The translations under genes and the position numbers were made by a program. From Candidatus Hadarchaeales archaeon (GTDB lineage Archaea; Hadarchaeota; Hadarchaeia; Hadarchaeales; Hadarchaeaceae): a stretch of 32,000 bases of DNA. The notes under the pieces were generated by a model. The model made no database searches and was not told the origin of the DNA. It saw only the letters and a list, made by a program, of their open reading frames with translations. The DNA is taken from positions 210,001 through 242,000 of the forward strand of contig JAWBCC010000001.1 of assembly GCA_038823825.1 (NCBI GenBank), read 5' to 3'. Position 1 is the stretch's first letter. Every line of letters starts with the position of its first letter. Shown here one piece after another: positions 1-8,295 of the stretch.

Positions 1-447
1 GACTGGGATAGATCCTGTCCCCGTTCCTCCGCCCAGACCACATGTGACAAAGACTAGGTCTGCCCCATAGAGGTGATCCTTGATTACGTCTTCTTCTTCT
101 CTGGCTGCAGCTTCCCCCTTGTCCGGATCGTTGCCCGCCCCGAGTCCCCGCGTAGTTTCCCTGCCGATTAAAATCTTTCTGTCCGCGACCGTGTAGAGCA
201 AATCCTGTGCATCGGTGTTGATAGCAATCGTTTCGGCGCCCTCTATCCCAACCTTCGCTATTCTCGAAATAGTGTTGCATCCAGCGCCTCCGCAACCAAC
301 CACGAAAATCTTTGCCCTCGCCTCTCTGAGTATTTCCTCGAGCTCCTCTTGTGTCACGCCCTTAGGGGGTGCCGGACCTCTCGTAGGCACAGGGGAAATT
401 CCGGGTTTCCAAATTCCTTCGGGATTAGGAGTAACACTTTTGCTCAT
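1..447 (-). CDS. ftsZ: Cell division GTPase FtsZ, N-terminal 149 codons (the rest of the gene lies beyond the window edge)
   Basis: It is absent from the ORF track because it is open at the window edge. Manual reverse translation from the ATG (complement of 445-447) gives [16 protein letters not shown]...[22 protein letters not shown]...AINTDAQDL...[19 protein letters not shown]. This carries the tubulin/FtsZ GGGTGTG signature, and the frame runs exactly to position 1. Confidence 0.9.
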   Translation of the reverse strand, partial: MSKSVTPNPEGIWKPGISPVPTRGPAPPKGVTQEELEEILREARAKIFVVGCGGAGCNTISRIAKVGIEGAETIAINTDAQDLLYTVADRKILIGRETTRGLGAGNDPDKGEAAAREEEDVIKDHLYGADLVFVTCGLGGGTGTGSIPV

Positions 448-480
448 ATCATCCGCCTTTTGAACTAGACAAGTGTCAAT

Positions 481-1266
481 TTAAAGTTTTTTAACGAGGA
501 GGGAACCGGCTTTTACGACTTCTATTCCAAAATTTTCGGAAATTTCCAGACATATCTCTCTCTGTTCTCTTGTCGCACCTTTCCAATCGAGCACGATCAT
601 TCGACTAGAACTCTTTTCTAGAGCCAGTCTTATGAGTTCGACATTTGCTGGGGCATGTTTAGAAAGGATATGTCCGAATCCAATGTTCGACTCGAAAGAT
701 ATTCTCGTATAAAGCGGAGAATAGTGCGGACCACCGACACCGATCGCAAATTTACATGGATGAGGGTCCAATGCGGAGAGGATCGCTCGGGCTACTGCTT
801 CTCCAGCGTTTTCGTTAACCCACTCCTTTTCTTCGCTCCCGATCTCGACGAAAGTTATTGGAACGGCGAAGTCTCCTGGTTCATGGTGTGTGGCTTCTAG
901 CGAAACTTGGTGAGGTAAATTTAAACGCGCCACCTGATTTCTAAGTTCAAGAAGAGCGGCACGAACGGTTGACGGAGATGCTGGTGGTAGTAGCGATTTT
1001 TCCGGGAGTCCTGGGACGTGCACGGTGAGCGAAGGCCTGCCCGACTGGCTTGCATGTCTGGATGCTACGATGACTTCATCAGTTCCGGAAGGAAGCGACA
1101 CGGACTGAGGGCTCGTTTCGATGAGGAGAGCCTTTTGTGATGTGTACACACCTTTTTCGATCTCGATGAAGTTTCCGAGTCTGAGAAGGTGTCTTTTGAT
1201 GTTCTGCGCGGCTGGGTCGCTTTTCGAAGCGAGAATGACTTTCTTTGGGATAGAGGAATCCTTCAT
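481..1266 (-). CDS. dtdA: D-aminoacyl-tRNA deacylase, archaeal type (DTD2/DtdA family)
   Basis: The 261-aa ORF has blocks typical of archaeal DtdA: ASRHASQSGRPSLTVHVPG, EATHHEPG, FVEIGSEEKEW, GVGGPHYSP, FGHILSKHA, LDWKG. Confidence 0.88.
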   Translation of the reverse strand: MKDSSIPKKVILASKSDPAAQNIKRHLLRLGNFIEIEKGVYTSQKALLIETSPQSVSLPSGTDEVIVASRHASQSGRPSLTVHVPGLPEKSLLPPASPSTVRAALLELRNQVARLNLPHQVSLEATHHEPGDFAVPITFVEIGSEEKEWVNENAGEAVARAILSALDPHPCKFAIGVGGPHYSPLYTRISFESNIGFGHILSKHAPANVELIRLALEKSSSRMIVLDWKGATREQREICLEISENFGIEVVKAGSLLVKKL

Positions 1267-1300
1267 CGTTTTACCATTCTTGTTTTATCCCTTGTTTCTG

Positions 1301-2641
1301 TTAAATTCTACGATTTTTTGTTCGACGTTTCACGATAAAAGCACCGATTGCGGAACCGATCGAAGTGAAAAAGATCACCGATGTGACGACTCCAAGATAG
1401 ATATTCGAGAGTTCGGCGAGAGTCGGATTTTGATCGGCGAAGGTTGTTAGCAACGTCGCCAATATGGCCGCCGCCAGTCCTCTCGCGAAAAGAATAGAAA
1501 TTACATCCCTTTCCTCTGCGAGTGGTGAACGGATCGTTGTCATTCTTACGGCTACGCTCCTCACTAGGTAAAGGAGGATTGAGAGACATCCGCCAGCCAA
1601 GAGGATTTTCAAGTCCCGGATGGAGAACATCAATCCTAGATAAAGGAAGAAGAACGTTCTGAGAATAAAGGTCACCTCTGTCTCGAATCTTCTGAAGCCC
1701 GCATCGACAAATTCTCCTCTTTTCACTCTGAATGCTCGGTAGACCCCTCTCTCGTTACCCAAGATGAGTCCGAAGAAAAGGGAGGAGAGAGCACCGCTGC
1801 CTCCAATCCACTCGGAGAAAGCGTAGACAATCAGGACGAGGGCAAAAAGGAGGACGTCGATATTTGGAGTTCCACGCAACCCGTAAAGAGAAGAAAGGCA
1901 GAGCAACCCGGCAAAGAGCCCGACAGCCATACCGATCAAAAATCTAGATCCGATATCTTTGGCAATCTCTGTAAATCCTACAGCCCCTGTGACTGCCTTG
2001 AGAGCCGCCAGAACGAGAACTACGCTGATGATATCGGTTATCACTGATTCAATTGTAACTATCGTTGAACAGGCTTTGCTCACCTTCATGCGTGATACGA
2101 TGGCAATTACGATGACGCTACTAGTTCCGCCCAGTATTGCTCCGAGAATGATTGAATAAATGAAGGGTTTTCCCCACCACAGGAAGATCGCCGCGAAAGT
2201 AGCAACTGTGATGGAGCTGAAAACGTATCCGACAATCGCTAGCGCTATCGCACGGGGCCCTTCGACGAAAACTTGCTTCATGTCAAGCTTCATTCCGCTG
2301 TCAAAAAGAATCAGAACGAGCACAAGAGTGGCGAAGTATTGAATCCATGGGCTGAGGATTTCCGTGTTGATCAGCCCGGTGATCGGTCCGAGCAAGATTC
2401 CGAGGATTATGAGCGGAACGACATCTGGAAAGCCCGAGACTTCAAATATCTTGTCTCCCAGGAAAGAGAAAACGAGTATGACACCGACAAGCAGTAAGAC
2501 TTCAAAAGGTTTTATCTCCCGGCGCATCGTTTGTCGGGATTGCTGAGATGCGCAGACTATAGAAGCCGTTAGAACGAGCACCGTTAGAATTAGCGGAAAA
2601 AATATAGATCTTCCAAATCGATCTTTTGATTTCTTGTACAT
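1301..2641 (-). CDS. Cation:proton antiporter (Na+/H+ exchanger family) polytopic membrane protein
   Basis: The 446-aa ORF is hydrophobic throughout, with at least 10 predicted TM helices. Its length and G/L/I/V-rich helices fit the CPA1/CPA2 family. The ATG is confirmed at the complement of 2639-2641. Confidence 0.7.
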   Translation of the reverse strand: MYKKSKDRFGRSIFFPLILTVLVLTASIVCASQQSRQTMRREIKPFEVLLLVGVILVFSFLGDKIFEVSGFPDVVPLIILGILLGPITGLINTEILSPWIQYFATLVLVLILFDSGMKLDMKQVFVEGPRAIALAIVGYVFSSITVATFAAIFLWWGKPFIYSIILGAILGGTSSVIVIAIVSRMKVSKACSTIVTIESVITDIISVVLVLAALKAVTGAVGFTEIAKDIGSRFLIGMAVGLFAGLLCLSSLYGLRGTPNIDVLLFALVLIVYAFSEWIGGSGALSSLFFGLILGNERGVYRAFRVKRGEFVDAGFRRFETEVTFILRTFFFLYLGLMFSIRDLKILLAGGCLSILLYLVRSVAVRMTTIRSPLAEERDVISILFARGLAAAILATLLTTFADQNPTLAELSNIYLGVVTSVIFFTSIGSAIGAFIVKRRTKNRRI

Positions 2642-2683
2642 CTAAACTAGTCTCGCTTAAATTATTAAAATTCGATCTCGGGA

Positions 2684-3025
2684 TTAGCAGGTGAGATGGA
2701 GCGCAGCAGCAACCTTTTCTTTTTCACTCAAACTATTGTAAAGTTTCACAGCCTCTCCAGTTTTCGCTTCTATTAATCTTATTCCTTTCATCTCCAAGTA
2801 ACGTTTTGTGGAGTCCGGAATCTCCATGCAACCAGAGTAACCGGTGCCCACGATCAGAACAGCAGGTTGGAATTTCAAAATTTCCTCGAGATCATCCACG
2901 TCAAGACGGTGGCCTTCTTTCCTCCACCACTTATCTCTGACCCTGTCTGGGAAGACGAGAACATCAGACGTGTAAGTTTTACCATCTATGATGATTCGTC
3001 CGAATTCGTAGCTTTCGATCTTCAT
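2684..3025 (-). CDS. Mth938-like (DUF498/AAMDC-like) small protein
   Basis: The 113-aa ORF has the family pattern FGRIIIDGKTYTSDVLVFPD...WWRKEGH.L...DLEEIL...P.VLIVGTG..G.M......YL...GI.L......EA...YN......VAAALHLTC. Confidence 0.7.
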   Translation of the reverse strand: MKIESYEFGRIIIDGKTYTSDVLVFPDRVRDKWWRKEGHRLDVDDLEEILKFQPAVLIVGTGYSGCMEIPDSTKRYLEMKGIRLIEAKTGEAVKLYNSLSEKEKVAAALHLTC

Positions 3026-3031
3026 CGCGAG

Positions 3032-3109
3032 TGGTGGGCCCGGAGGGATTCGAACCCTCGACCACCCGGTTATGAGCCGGACGCTCTAACCTGGCTGAGC
3101 TACGGGCCC
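3032..3109 (-). tRNA. tRNA with CAU anticodon (elongator Met, or Ile2 whose C34 is converted to agmatidine), CCA encoded
   Basis: The reverse complement folds by hand as GGGCCCG-TA-GCTC-AGCCAGGTTA-GAGC-G-TCCGG-CTCATAA-CCGGG-TGGTC-GAGGG-TTCGAAT-CCCTC-CGGGCCC-A-CCA. It is not an initiator, since it lacks the AGCGGG start. The GGGCCC acceptor stem resembles archaeal tRNA-Ile genes, so Ile2(CAU) is plausible. Confidence 0.9.
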
Positions 3110-3179
3110 CTATTCATCTTCTTTCAGTCGATTTATTTGATTGTTTCGGCATCATTAAAAACTCACAACTTCCAGTATT

Positions 3180-4157
3180 TTGATAAGCTTGAGAGTAAAG
3201 ATTCTCTGCCACGGAGATGCTGACGGTGTATGTTCTGCGGCTCTTGTCAAGTCCCTCTTTCCTGACGCTGAAATAAAATTTACGAGACCGGTTAACCTTT
3301 TGCGGGATCTTCAAGAAATCAGACCGAATTACACAGTTGTGATTTTAGACATAGCGATAAACGAAACGCAAAAAGAAGAAATACTCGCAACGATTGGTGA
3401 GCTTTCCAAATCTGGCGAAGTAATCTACGTGGATCACCACCCTCTCCCCTACCGCACGCTCAAGAAAGACATACCGGCAACGACTCTCGCCCATGAGCTG
3501 GGTCCAAGCGCCTCAGAGCTGACGTTCAGGCTTTTCAAACACGGTTTCAGTCAGGAACATGAGCGTATAGCCCTCTGGGGTTCGATAGCAGATTATTGTG
3601 AGCAAACTTCCTTTGTTCAGGAGACTCTTGGAAGATATGATCGCCGGACGATTTACATGGAGGCAGGTCTCCTCAGCCAGGCGATAGGTGAGGCAGGTGG
3701 TGATTACGAATTCAAAAGGATGGTCGTCGAATCCCTCTCTAGGCTTGAGTTTCCATCTAGGATGCCGGAGGTGATCAGACGCGCTATTCAGGCTACTGAA
3801 TCAGAGTGGGAGCTTTACAAGTACGTTAAGGCGAATGTTGAGAAAAGGGGTCCTCTCGCGATAGTCCGTGATCTGCCGCGGGGAAGTTTGGGAAAAGCCG
3901 CGATTTTTGCTGTGGGGATTACGGGCGCCGAGGTAGGTGTTTGCGCTAGGAGAAGCGGCGAAGAAATAGATATGAGCTTGAGGAGGAAACGCGACTCGAT
4001 GGTTGATCTGAACGAGATTCTACGCAGGATAGTCTCAAGACTTGGAGGTTCAGGTGGAGGTCACAGCACGGCTGCAGGCGCAAGTGTACCAGTTAACCTC
4101 TTCGATGAATTCTTGGATGCACTCCAGAAAGAACTGACTCCTATCCTGAGAATTTAA
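3180..4157 (+). CDS. DHH/DHHA1 family phosphoesterase (NrnA/RecJ-like)
   Basis: The 325-aa ORF has the DHH motifs HGDADG (I), VILD (II), DHHP (III) and the DHHA1 motif GGSGGGHSTAAGA. No ATG precedes motif I, so the start must be TTG at 3180 (or the TTG at 3189). Confidence 0.75.
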   Translation: MISLRVKILCHGDADGVCSAALVKSLFPDAEIKFTRPVNLLRDLQEIRPNYTVVILDIAINETQKEEILATIGELSKSGEVIYVDHHPLPYRTLKKDIPATTLAHELGPSASELTFRLFKHGFSQEHERIALWGSIADYCEQTSFVQETLGRYDRRTIYMEAGLLSQAIGEAGGDYEFKRMVVESLSRLEFPSRMPEVIRRAIQATESEWELYKYVKANVEKRGPLAIVRDLPRGSLGKAAIFAVGITGAEVGVCARRSGEEIDMSLRRKRDSMVDLNEILRRIVSRLGGSGGGHSTAAGASVPVNLFDEFLDALQKELTPILRI

Positions 4158-5146
4158 TCGAAAATTTCCATTTCCCTCCCGATGCCGCGCTCAAGAGCCT
4201 TCCGGTAAACCAACCAGTCTGTTGCTATATCTTGAACAGCGAGCCCTGTGGAGTCGAAAACAGTTATTTCGTCCTTGGATTCCCTGCCGGATTTTCTACC
4301 CGTCACGATCTCACCAAGTTCTGCGTAAATCTGGGATTTTTTGAATAAACCTTGAGAGATAGGTACATTAATCTCTCCACTGTGTGATGCTTGCTCAATG
4401 TCGTCAACCACCACCTTGGCCCTCCTTAATATTGCCGGATCCAGCTCCTGCTTCCCTGGTGCATCCGCTCCTATAGCGTTTATATGGACGCCTTCGGTTA
4501 TCCACTCGTTCATCACAATCGGTTTCCTCGAAGGCGTAGTTGTTATCACGATGTCCGCGTTTCTCACGGCTCTTTCCGTATCATCAAAAACAATGAAGTC
4601 GGCATCTATCTTCTTTTCCATTTCTCTGCAGTATTCTTCGGCTTTCTCCCTCCTAACATCGTTCACCCGTACTTCTTCGATTTTCATGATTTCGGAGATG
4701 GCTAGAAGTTGGGTTCTGGCCTGAACGCCGGCCCCAACCATTGCTATGATTCTAGAATCCTTTCTAGCGAGATATTTGACCGCAACAGCTCCGGCCGCCC
4801 CAGTCCGCATGTTGGTTATAGTTGTGCCATCCATAACCGCTAGCGGAGTCCCGGTTTTCGGGTCGATGAGAACTATGATGGCCATTACGGTTGGAAGTCC
4901 GTATTTTCTCGGATTGTCCGGATGAGCATTAACAATTTTGACACCGGCAGCTCCTATGCTTTCGAGATAGGCTGGCATCACCCGAAAATCTCCGTTGAAT
5001 TCTTTGAAGAAAACGTAGGACTTCGGAGGCATTTGGACTTTGCCCATTCCCTTTTCTCGGAAAGCTTCTTCAACAGCTTCTATTGTTTCTTTCATCGAGA
5101 GAAGGCTCTCGACTTCACTTTTCGTCAAGATCAGTACTTTTGGCAT
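4154..5146 (-). CDS. ala: Alanine dehydrogenase of the ornithine cyclodeaminase/mu-crystallin family
   Basis: The 330-aa ORF is collinear, from memory, with the Archaeoglobus-type OCD-family AlaDH: LTKSEVESLLSM..EAVEEAF, MPPK, LPTVMA, RTGAAGAVA.KYLARK, GAGVQA Rossmann motif, TTTPSRKP, INAIGADAPGKQELD, DSTGLAVQD. Confidence 0.85.
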   Translation of the reverse strand: MPKVLILTKSEVESLLSMKETIEAVEEAFREKGMGKVQMPPKSYVFFKEFNGDFRVMPAYLESIGAAGVKIVNAHPDNPRKYGLPTVMAIIVLIDPKTGTPLAVMDGTTITNMRTGAAGAVAVKYLARKDSRIIAMVGAGVQARTQLLAISEIMKIEEVRVNDVRREKAEEYCREMEKKIDADFIVFDDTERAVRNADIVITTTPSRKPIVMNEWITEGVHINAIGADAPGKQELDPAILRRAKVVVDDIEQASHSGEINVPISQGLFKKSQIYAELGEIVTGRKSGRESKDEITVFDSTGLAVQDIATDWLVYRKALERGIGREMEIFD

Positions 5147-5215
5147 GTTTCCACGACTCTATTTTGATTTCTCTCATGGTTCAAAAATCTTCTTTAACAG
5201 TAAAACTTAAAAGAA

Positions 5216-5230
5216 AATTTAAAAAAATTT
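5216..5230 (+). promoter_or_regulatory. Candidate TATA/BRE element for the TIP49 gene (divergent from ala)
   Basis: The A/T run aaaatttaaaaaaattt ends about 15-18 nt upstream of ATG 5245. The spacing is compatible with a leaderless or very short-leader archaeal transcript. Confidence 0.3.
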
Positions 5231-5244
5231 GGGGGCGCTTGTGC

Positions 5245-6606
5245 ATGGAGGAGGGAGCAGTTCCGGTTTCTCTTAAAGAATGGGAACGGGTTGCTGCTCA
5301 CACCCACATAACCGGCCTCGGTCTGGAAGGTCTAAAAGCAAAACCAGTGGCTGCAGGGATGGTCGGTCAGATCAAAGCAAGAGAGGCGGCAGGCTTGGTA
5401 GTTCATTTAGTTCGGAAGGGAAAATTTGCCGGACGCGCCGTTCTCTTAGCCGGACCCCCCGGAACTGGTAAAACAGCTCTGGCGATAGCCATCGCAAAAG
5501 AGTTGGGACGCGATGTTCCGGTGGTCCTTCTCACGGCTTCGGAAATCTACTCCGCTGAAATAAAGAAAACGGAGTTCCTCACGCAAGCTCTGCGGAGGGC
5601 TATAGGTGTTAGGATACGGGAGATGAGAAGAGTTTACGAGGGGAAGGTTGAGGAGCTTTCCATTCGACAGGAGCCACATCCCTACAATCCTTATGTCAAA
5701 ATTCCGGTCGGTGGGACGATAAAGCTTGCCACGCTTGATCATTCTCAAAAACTTTCGATGGATCAAGCTTTTGCGATTTCTCTTATACGAGAAGGGGTGG
5801 AAACAGGCGACGTGATTCAGATAGATGTCGATGGTGGTAGGGTCGTCAAGTTAGGAAAATCGAGAGAAGCCGCGGAAAAAGAGAAAATTGATCTCTCCAG
5901 TGTTCAGGTTGTTGATGTTCCGAGCGGTCCCGTATTGAAGAATAAGGAGTTCGTCTACACGGTAACCCTTCATGATCTAGATCTTGCGCACTCCAGAAGC
6001 AGCATCAGCTTCTTTGGACTTCTTTTTGGTGGCGAGGGTAGAAAGGAGATTTCGGCCGAAACGCGTGCAACAGTAGATGAAACTGTTAAAGAATGGGTGG
6101 AGGAGGGAAAGGCCGAAATACTCCCGGGAGTTGTCTTTATTGACGAATGTTCTATGCTGGACATAGAAACCTTTGCATTTCTCGGTAGGGCAATGGAACA
6201 GGAGCTTGCTCCGATTATCATCTTTGCCACAAACAGGGGACTTACCGTAGTCAGAGGAACAGACTTTAAAGCTCCACATGGCATGCCACTGGATCTTCTG
6301 GACAGGCTTCTGATAATAACCACACAACCGTATACGAGGGAGGAGATTTTGGAAATATTGAAGATAAGAGCTAAAACCGAAAAAATAAATCTCTCGCAGG
6401 AGGCGCTGGAATATCTGGCACAAATCGGTGAGGCAAATTCTCTCAGATATGCGATCCAGCTTCTTGCTCCCGCATCCGAAGTCGCCATAGCCGAAGGCGC
6501 GAAGATCGTTGAGAAGAAACACGTGGAGCATGTAAGGGAACTTTTTGTAGACGTAAGCAGGTCGGTTCAATATTTGCGTGAGCATGAAGAACGTATGCTA
6601 AAGTAG
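5245..6606 (+). CDS. TIP49/RuvB-like AAA+ ATPase (archaeal RuvBL homologue)
   Basis: It is strongly collinear with eukaryotic RUVBL1/2: HTHITGLGLEG, GQIKAREAAGLVV, AGRAVLLAGPPGTGKTALAIAIAKELG (Walker A), EIKKTE.LTQALRRAIGVRI, VYEGKV.EL, VVFIDECSMLDIE (Walker B), IIIFATNRG. I chose ATG 5245 (MEEGAVPVS...). The tracked start at 5083 would overlap the divergent ala gene and adds only low-complexity sequence. Confidence 0.9.
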   Translation: MEEGAVPVSLKEWERVAAHTHITGLGLEGLKAKPVAAGMVGQIKAREAAGLVVHLVRKGKFAGRAVLLAGPPGTGKTALAIAIAKELGRDVPVVLLTASEIYSAEIKKTEFLTQALRRAIGVRIREMRRVYEGKVEELSIRQEPHPYNPYVKIPVGGTIKLATLDHSQKLSMDQAFAISLIREGVETGDVIQIDVDGGRVVKLGKSREAAEKEKIDLSSVQVVDVPSGPVLKNKEFVYTVTLHDLDLAHSRSSISFFGLLFGGEGRKEISAETRATVDETVKEWVEEGKAEILPGVVFIDECSMLDIETFAFLGRAMEQELAPIIIFATNRGLTVVRGTDFKAPHGMPLDLLDRLLIITTQPYTREEILEILKIRAKTEKINLSQEALEYLAQIGEANSLRYAIQLLAPASEVAIAEGAKIVEKKHVEHVRELFVDVSRSVQYLREHEERMLK

Positions 6607-6620
6607 GTCAATTTAAGTTT

Positions 6621-6755
6621 TGGCGCCGGGGGGAGGACTCGAACCTCCGACCTCACGGTTTCCGCACGGCCACGCGTCCGTTTTTCGAATGGAGGTTCGT
6701 TCTTCATTCGCGTCCGATTAACAGCCGTGCGCTCTACCTACTGAGCTACCCCGGC
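6621..6755 (-). tRNA. tRNA-Asn (GUU) with a 59-nt intron at the canonical 37/38 position, CCA encoded
   Basis: The hand-folded exons are GCCGGGG-TA-GCTC-AGTAGGTA-GAGC-G-CACGG-CTGTTA[intron]A-CCGTG-AGGTC-GGAGG-TTCGAGT-CCTCC-CCCCGGC-G-CCA, giving 76 nt mature from 135 nt genomic. Confidence 0.85.
6660..6718 (-). other. tRNA-Asn intron (59 nt; the boundary is ambiguous by 1 nt because of flanking A residues)
   Basis: The intron RNA is AUCGGACGCGAAUGAAGAACGAACCUCCAUUCGAAAAACGGACGCGUGGCCGUGCGGAA. It has an internal hairpin CGAAUG/CAUUCG, an 8-nt direct repeat CGGACGCG on both sides of the hairpin, and a 9-nt stretch complementary to the tRNA's own T-arm. Confidence 0.7.
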
Positions 6756-6798
6756 TCCATATACTAATCAATCCGGGATCATCTAATAAAAAGGACAC

Positions 6799-7563
6799 TT
6801 ATTGCCTGCTGATTTTCATCAATCTTTTCTTTATGTGCATGTACGCTTCTTTCAGGTTTTCTTTGTTGTCGAATTCCCTCACAATTTTTTCGAGCCTTCT
6901 CGAGCTCATGTGTCTAAGTTTTTTGACTTCCAAAATTAAAAGCGGAGCGGCTCGTACGATGTTGTCTACTATCGTTATGTTTGCAGCTACTGCTGTTCTC
7001 GAGAGAGGATTCAAGTCGACCGCTATTACGCATTTGCCCATTCTTCTCAGAGCTTCCGTTCTGTCTCCGTCTTCAAGTGGAACGAAAACGACGTCCGCCG
7101 AGTAGATTCCTCTTCTATCTACCACCCTTCTCTCACTATGGATTTCGTCAATTTTTGTGAAGTATCTTTTGTCGGTTCCAAAAATTTCTTTAGCTTCATG
7201 GGCCTTCAACCAGTCTGCAATAGCTTTGACTCTTTCGTCGGTTCTGTGGAAGAGATTGATTTCGATCCTTGCACCTGTCTCTTTTGCCAATTTTACAATC
7301 TCGTTTGGCACAAGCGCTGCAACATTTCCGTTTACAGAAATCACGGGTGAACGAGCTAGAAGAAGCATCGCGGCAGCAGCTCTTATGGCTTTCCTAGCGA
7401 AGGGACAGGTTTTTTCACCGAGAAGATAATCGAAAGCTTCTCCGCGTCCGTGAGCGATCAACCCTTCCGGGACGACGATCCCTCTTCTGAAACCCTCGGC
7501 TAATCTCTCCCTTATTTTTAAAGACCAAGCCCGAGGATGTTCTTCTGAAACCCAACTCTCCAC
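6799..7563 (-). CDS. 4-phosphopantoate--beta-alanine ligase (archaeal phosphopantothenate synthetase, COG1701/DUF137)
   Basis: The 254-aa ORF has HPR..SL..RE.L..G, GLIAHGRGEAFDYLLGE, ISVNGN.AAL, VPLEDGDRTEAL and AVDLNPLSRTA, which are characteristic blocks of the archaeal CoA-pathway enzyme. It uses a GTG start at 7563. Confidence 0.85.
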   Translation of the reverse strand: MESWVSEEHPRAWSLKIRERLAEGFRRGIVVPEGLIAHGRGEAFDYLLGEKTCPFARKAIRAAAAMLLLARSPVISVNGNVAALVPNEIVKLAKETGARIEINLFHRTDERVKAIADWLKAHEAKEIFGTDKRYFTKIDEIHSERRVVDRRGIYSADVVFVPLEDGDRTEALRRMGKCVIAVDLNPLSRTAVAANITIVDNIVRAAPLLILEVKKLRHMSSRRLEKIVREFDNKENLKEAYMHIKKRLMKISRQ

Positions 7564-7632
7564 GATTTTTCCTCTTCTCCAAACTCCAAAAAAGCATTTT
7601 TTAAGTCTTGTTGGTGATAATGAAGTGAGAGG

Positions 7633-8289
7633 ATGGAAATAATCTGGCCGGTCTTTGCTCTGATTGTCGCAATAATCGCGGTCGGAGCATCGGCTTATTC
7701 TGGTACTCCGCTTACGATGGGGATTGCTCTTGCGACGTTGCTAGTTGCTGCAGCATCCGTTTATCTTTACATCTCCGCCTATCCTAAAAAGAGGTTCAAG
7801 GAGATACCGCTGGAGGATTTTTCGTGGTGGATGGATGCAGGAGAACCGCTTGCCTCGCTAAAGAGACTTGATCCAAAATCCATGGCAGTCCCGAGCGTTT
7901 TTCTCTCCGATCTCCGTCCCGTTGCTAAAAATGTTGAGCTTCTCTTTCAGAGGATGAGATTGATCGTTTGGAGGAGAGACTTCGCCGATCTACCGAGCGG
8001 GGACGTGATGACGGAGCTGGATACCGTTCGGAGTTTTCTGCGCGTCATGCTTCAAAGAATTGAGAGGAAAATGGTGCTAGAACCCGAAATCACCGGATAT
8101 TTAACCGATCTGTCCAGCCGGATGAAGAAAATCGCTGAGAAACTCTCGGGATATGCACAGACTAAACCGGAAATTCTTCGTCCTTATGTGGACCCGCTTG
8201 CGAGAGCAGCCGATAGACTCGCGAGAGATCTTGAGATAGCAGCCAAAAATTATCAGGAGTTTGCCAAGGTTGCATTTGGGACAGGGTAG
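7633..8289 (+). CDS. Hypothetical membrane protein (two N-terminal TM helices plus a helical cytoplasmic domain)
   Basis: The 218-aa ORF has an ATG preceded by gtgagagg (SD-like). Its N-terminus is IIWPVFALIVAIIAVGA / IALATLLVAAASVYLYI. I recognise no family. It ends 7 nt before the EF-1alpha start. Confidence 0.5.
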   Translation: MEIIWPVFALIVAIIAVGASAYSGTPLTMGIALATLLVAAASVYLYISAYPKKRFKEIPLEDFSWWMDAGEPLASLKRLDPKSMAVPSVFLSDLRPVAKNVELLFQRMRLIVWRRDFADLPSGDVMTELDTVRSFLRVMLQRIERKMVLEPEITGYLTDLSSRMKKIAEKLSGYAQTKPEILRPYVDPLARAADRLARDLEIAAKNYQEFAKVAFGTG

Positions 8290-8295
8290 TCCTCG

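Noticed and set aside
215-463. An 82-aa plus-strand ORF at the left edge.
   Set aside because: It lies entirely antisense to a clear ftsZ reading frame (GGGTGTG signature on the minus strand). The product is low-complexity (P/S/L-rich) with no motif.
5083-5244. A 54-codon N-terminal extension of the TIP49 ORF in the ORF track.
   Set aside because: The extension overlaps the divergent ala gene start and the promoter-like A/T tract, and it has no similarity to RuvBL N-termini. The conserved sequence begins right after ATG 5245.
5970-6585. Two minus-strand ORFs of 172 and 202 aa.
   Set aside because: Both are antisense shadows inside the strongly supported TIP49 gene. They have an odd composition and no motifs.
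6685-6712. A C/D-box sRNA hidden in the tRNA-Asn intron: the C-box-like AUGAAGA is followed by a 12-nt spacer containing the T-arm complement.
   Set aside because: There is no CUGA D or D' box (only UCGA), no C'/D pair and no terminal kink-turn stem. The N+5 rule would point at position 51, not at a known Nm site such as C56.
6621-6755. An alternative reading of the tRNA as intron-shorter (49 nt) with a long class II-like variable arm (CGG-AAA-CCG hairpin).
   Set aside because: A GUU (Asn) tRNA is class I. The 59-nt intron reading gives a perfect 76-nt cloverleaf with a 5-nt variable loop, and the first CCGTG is better explained as intron sequence.
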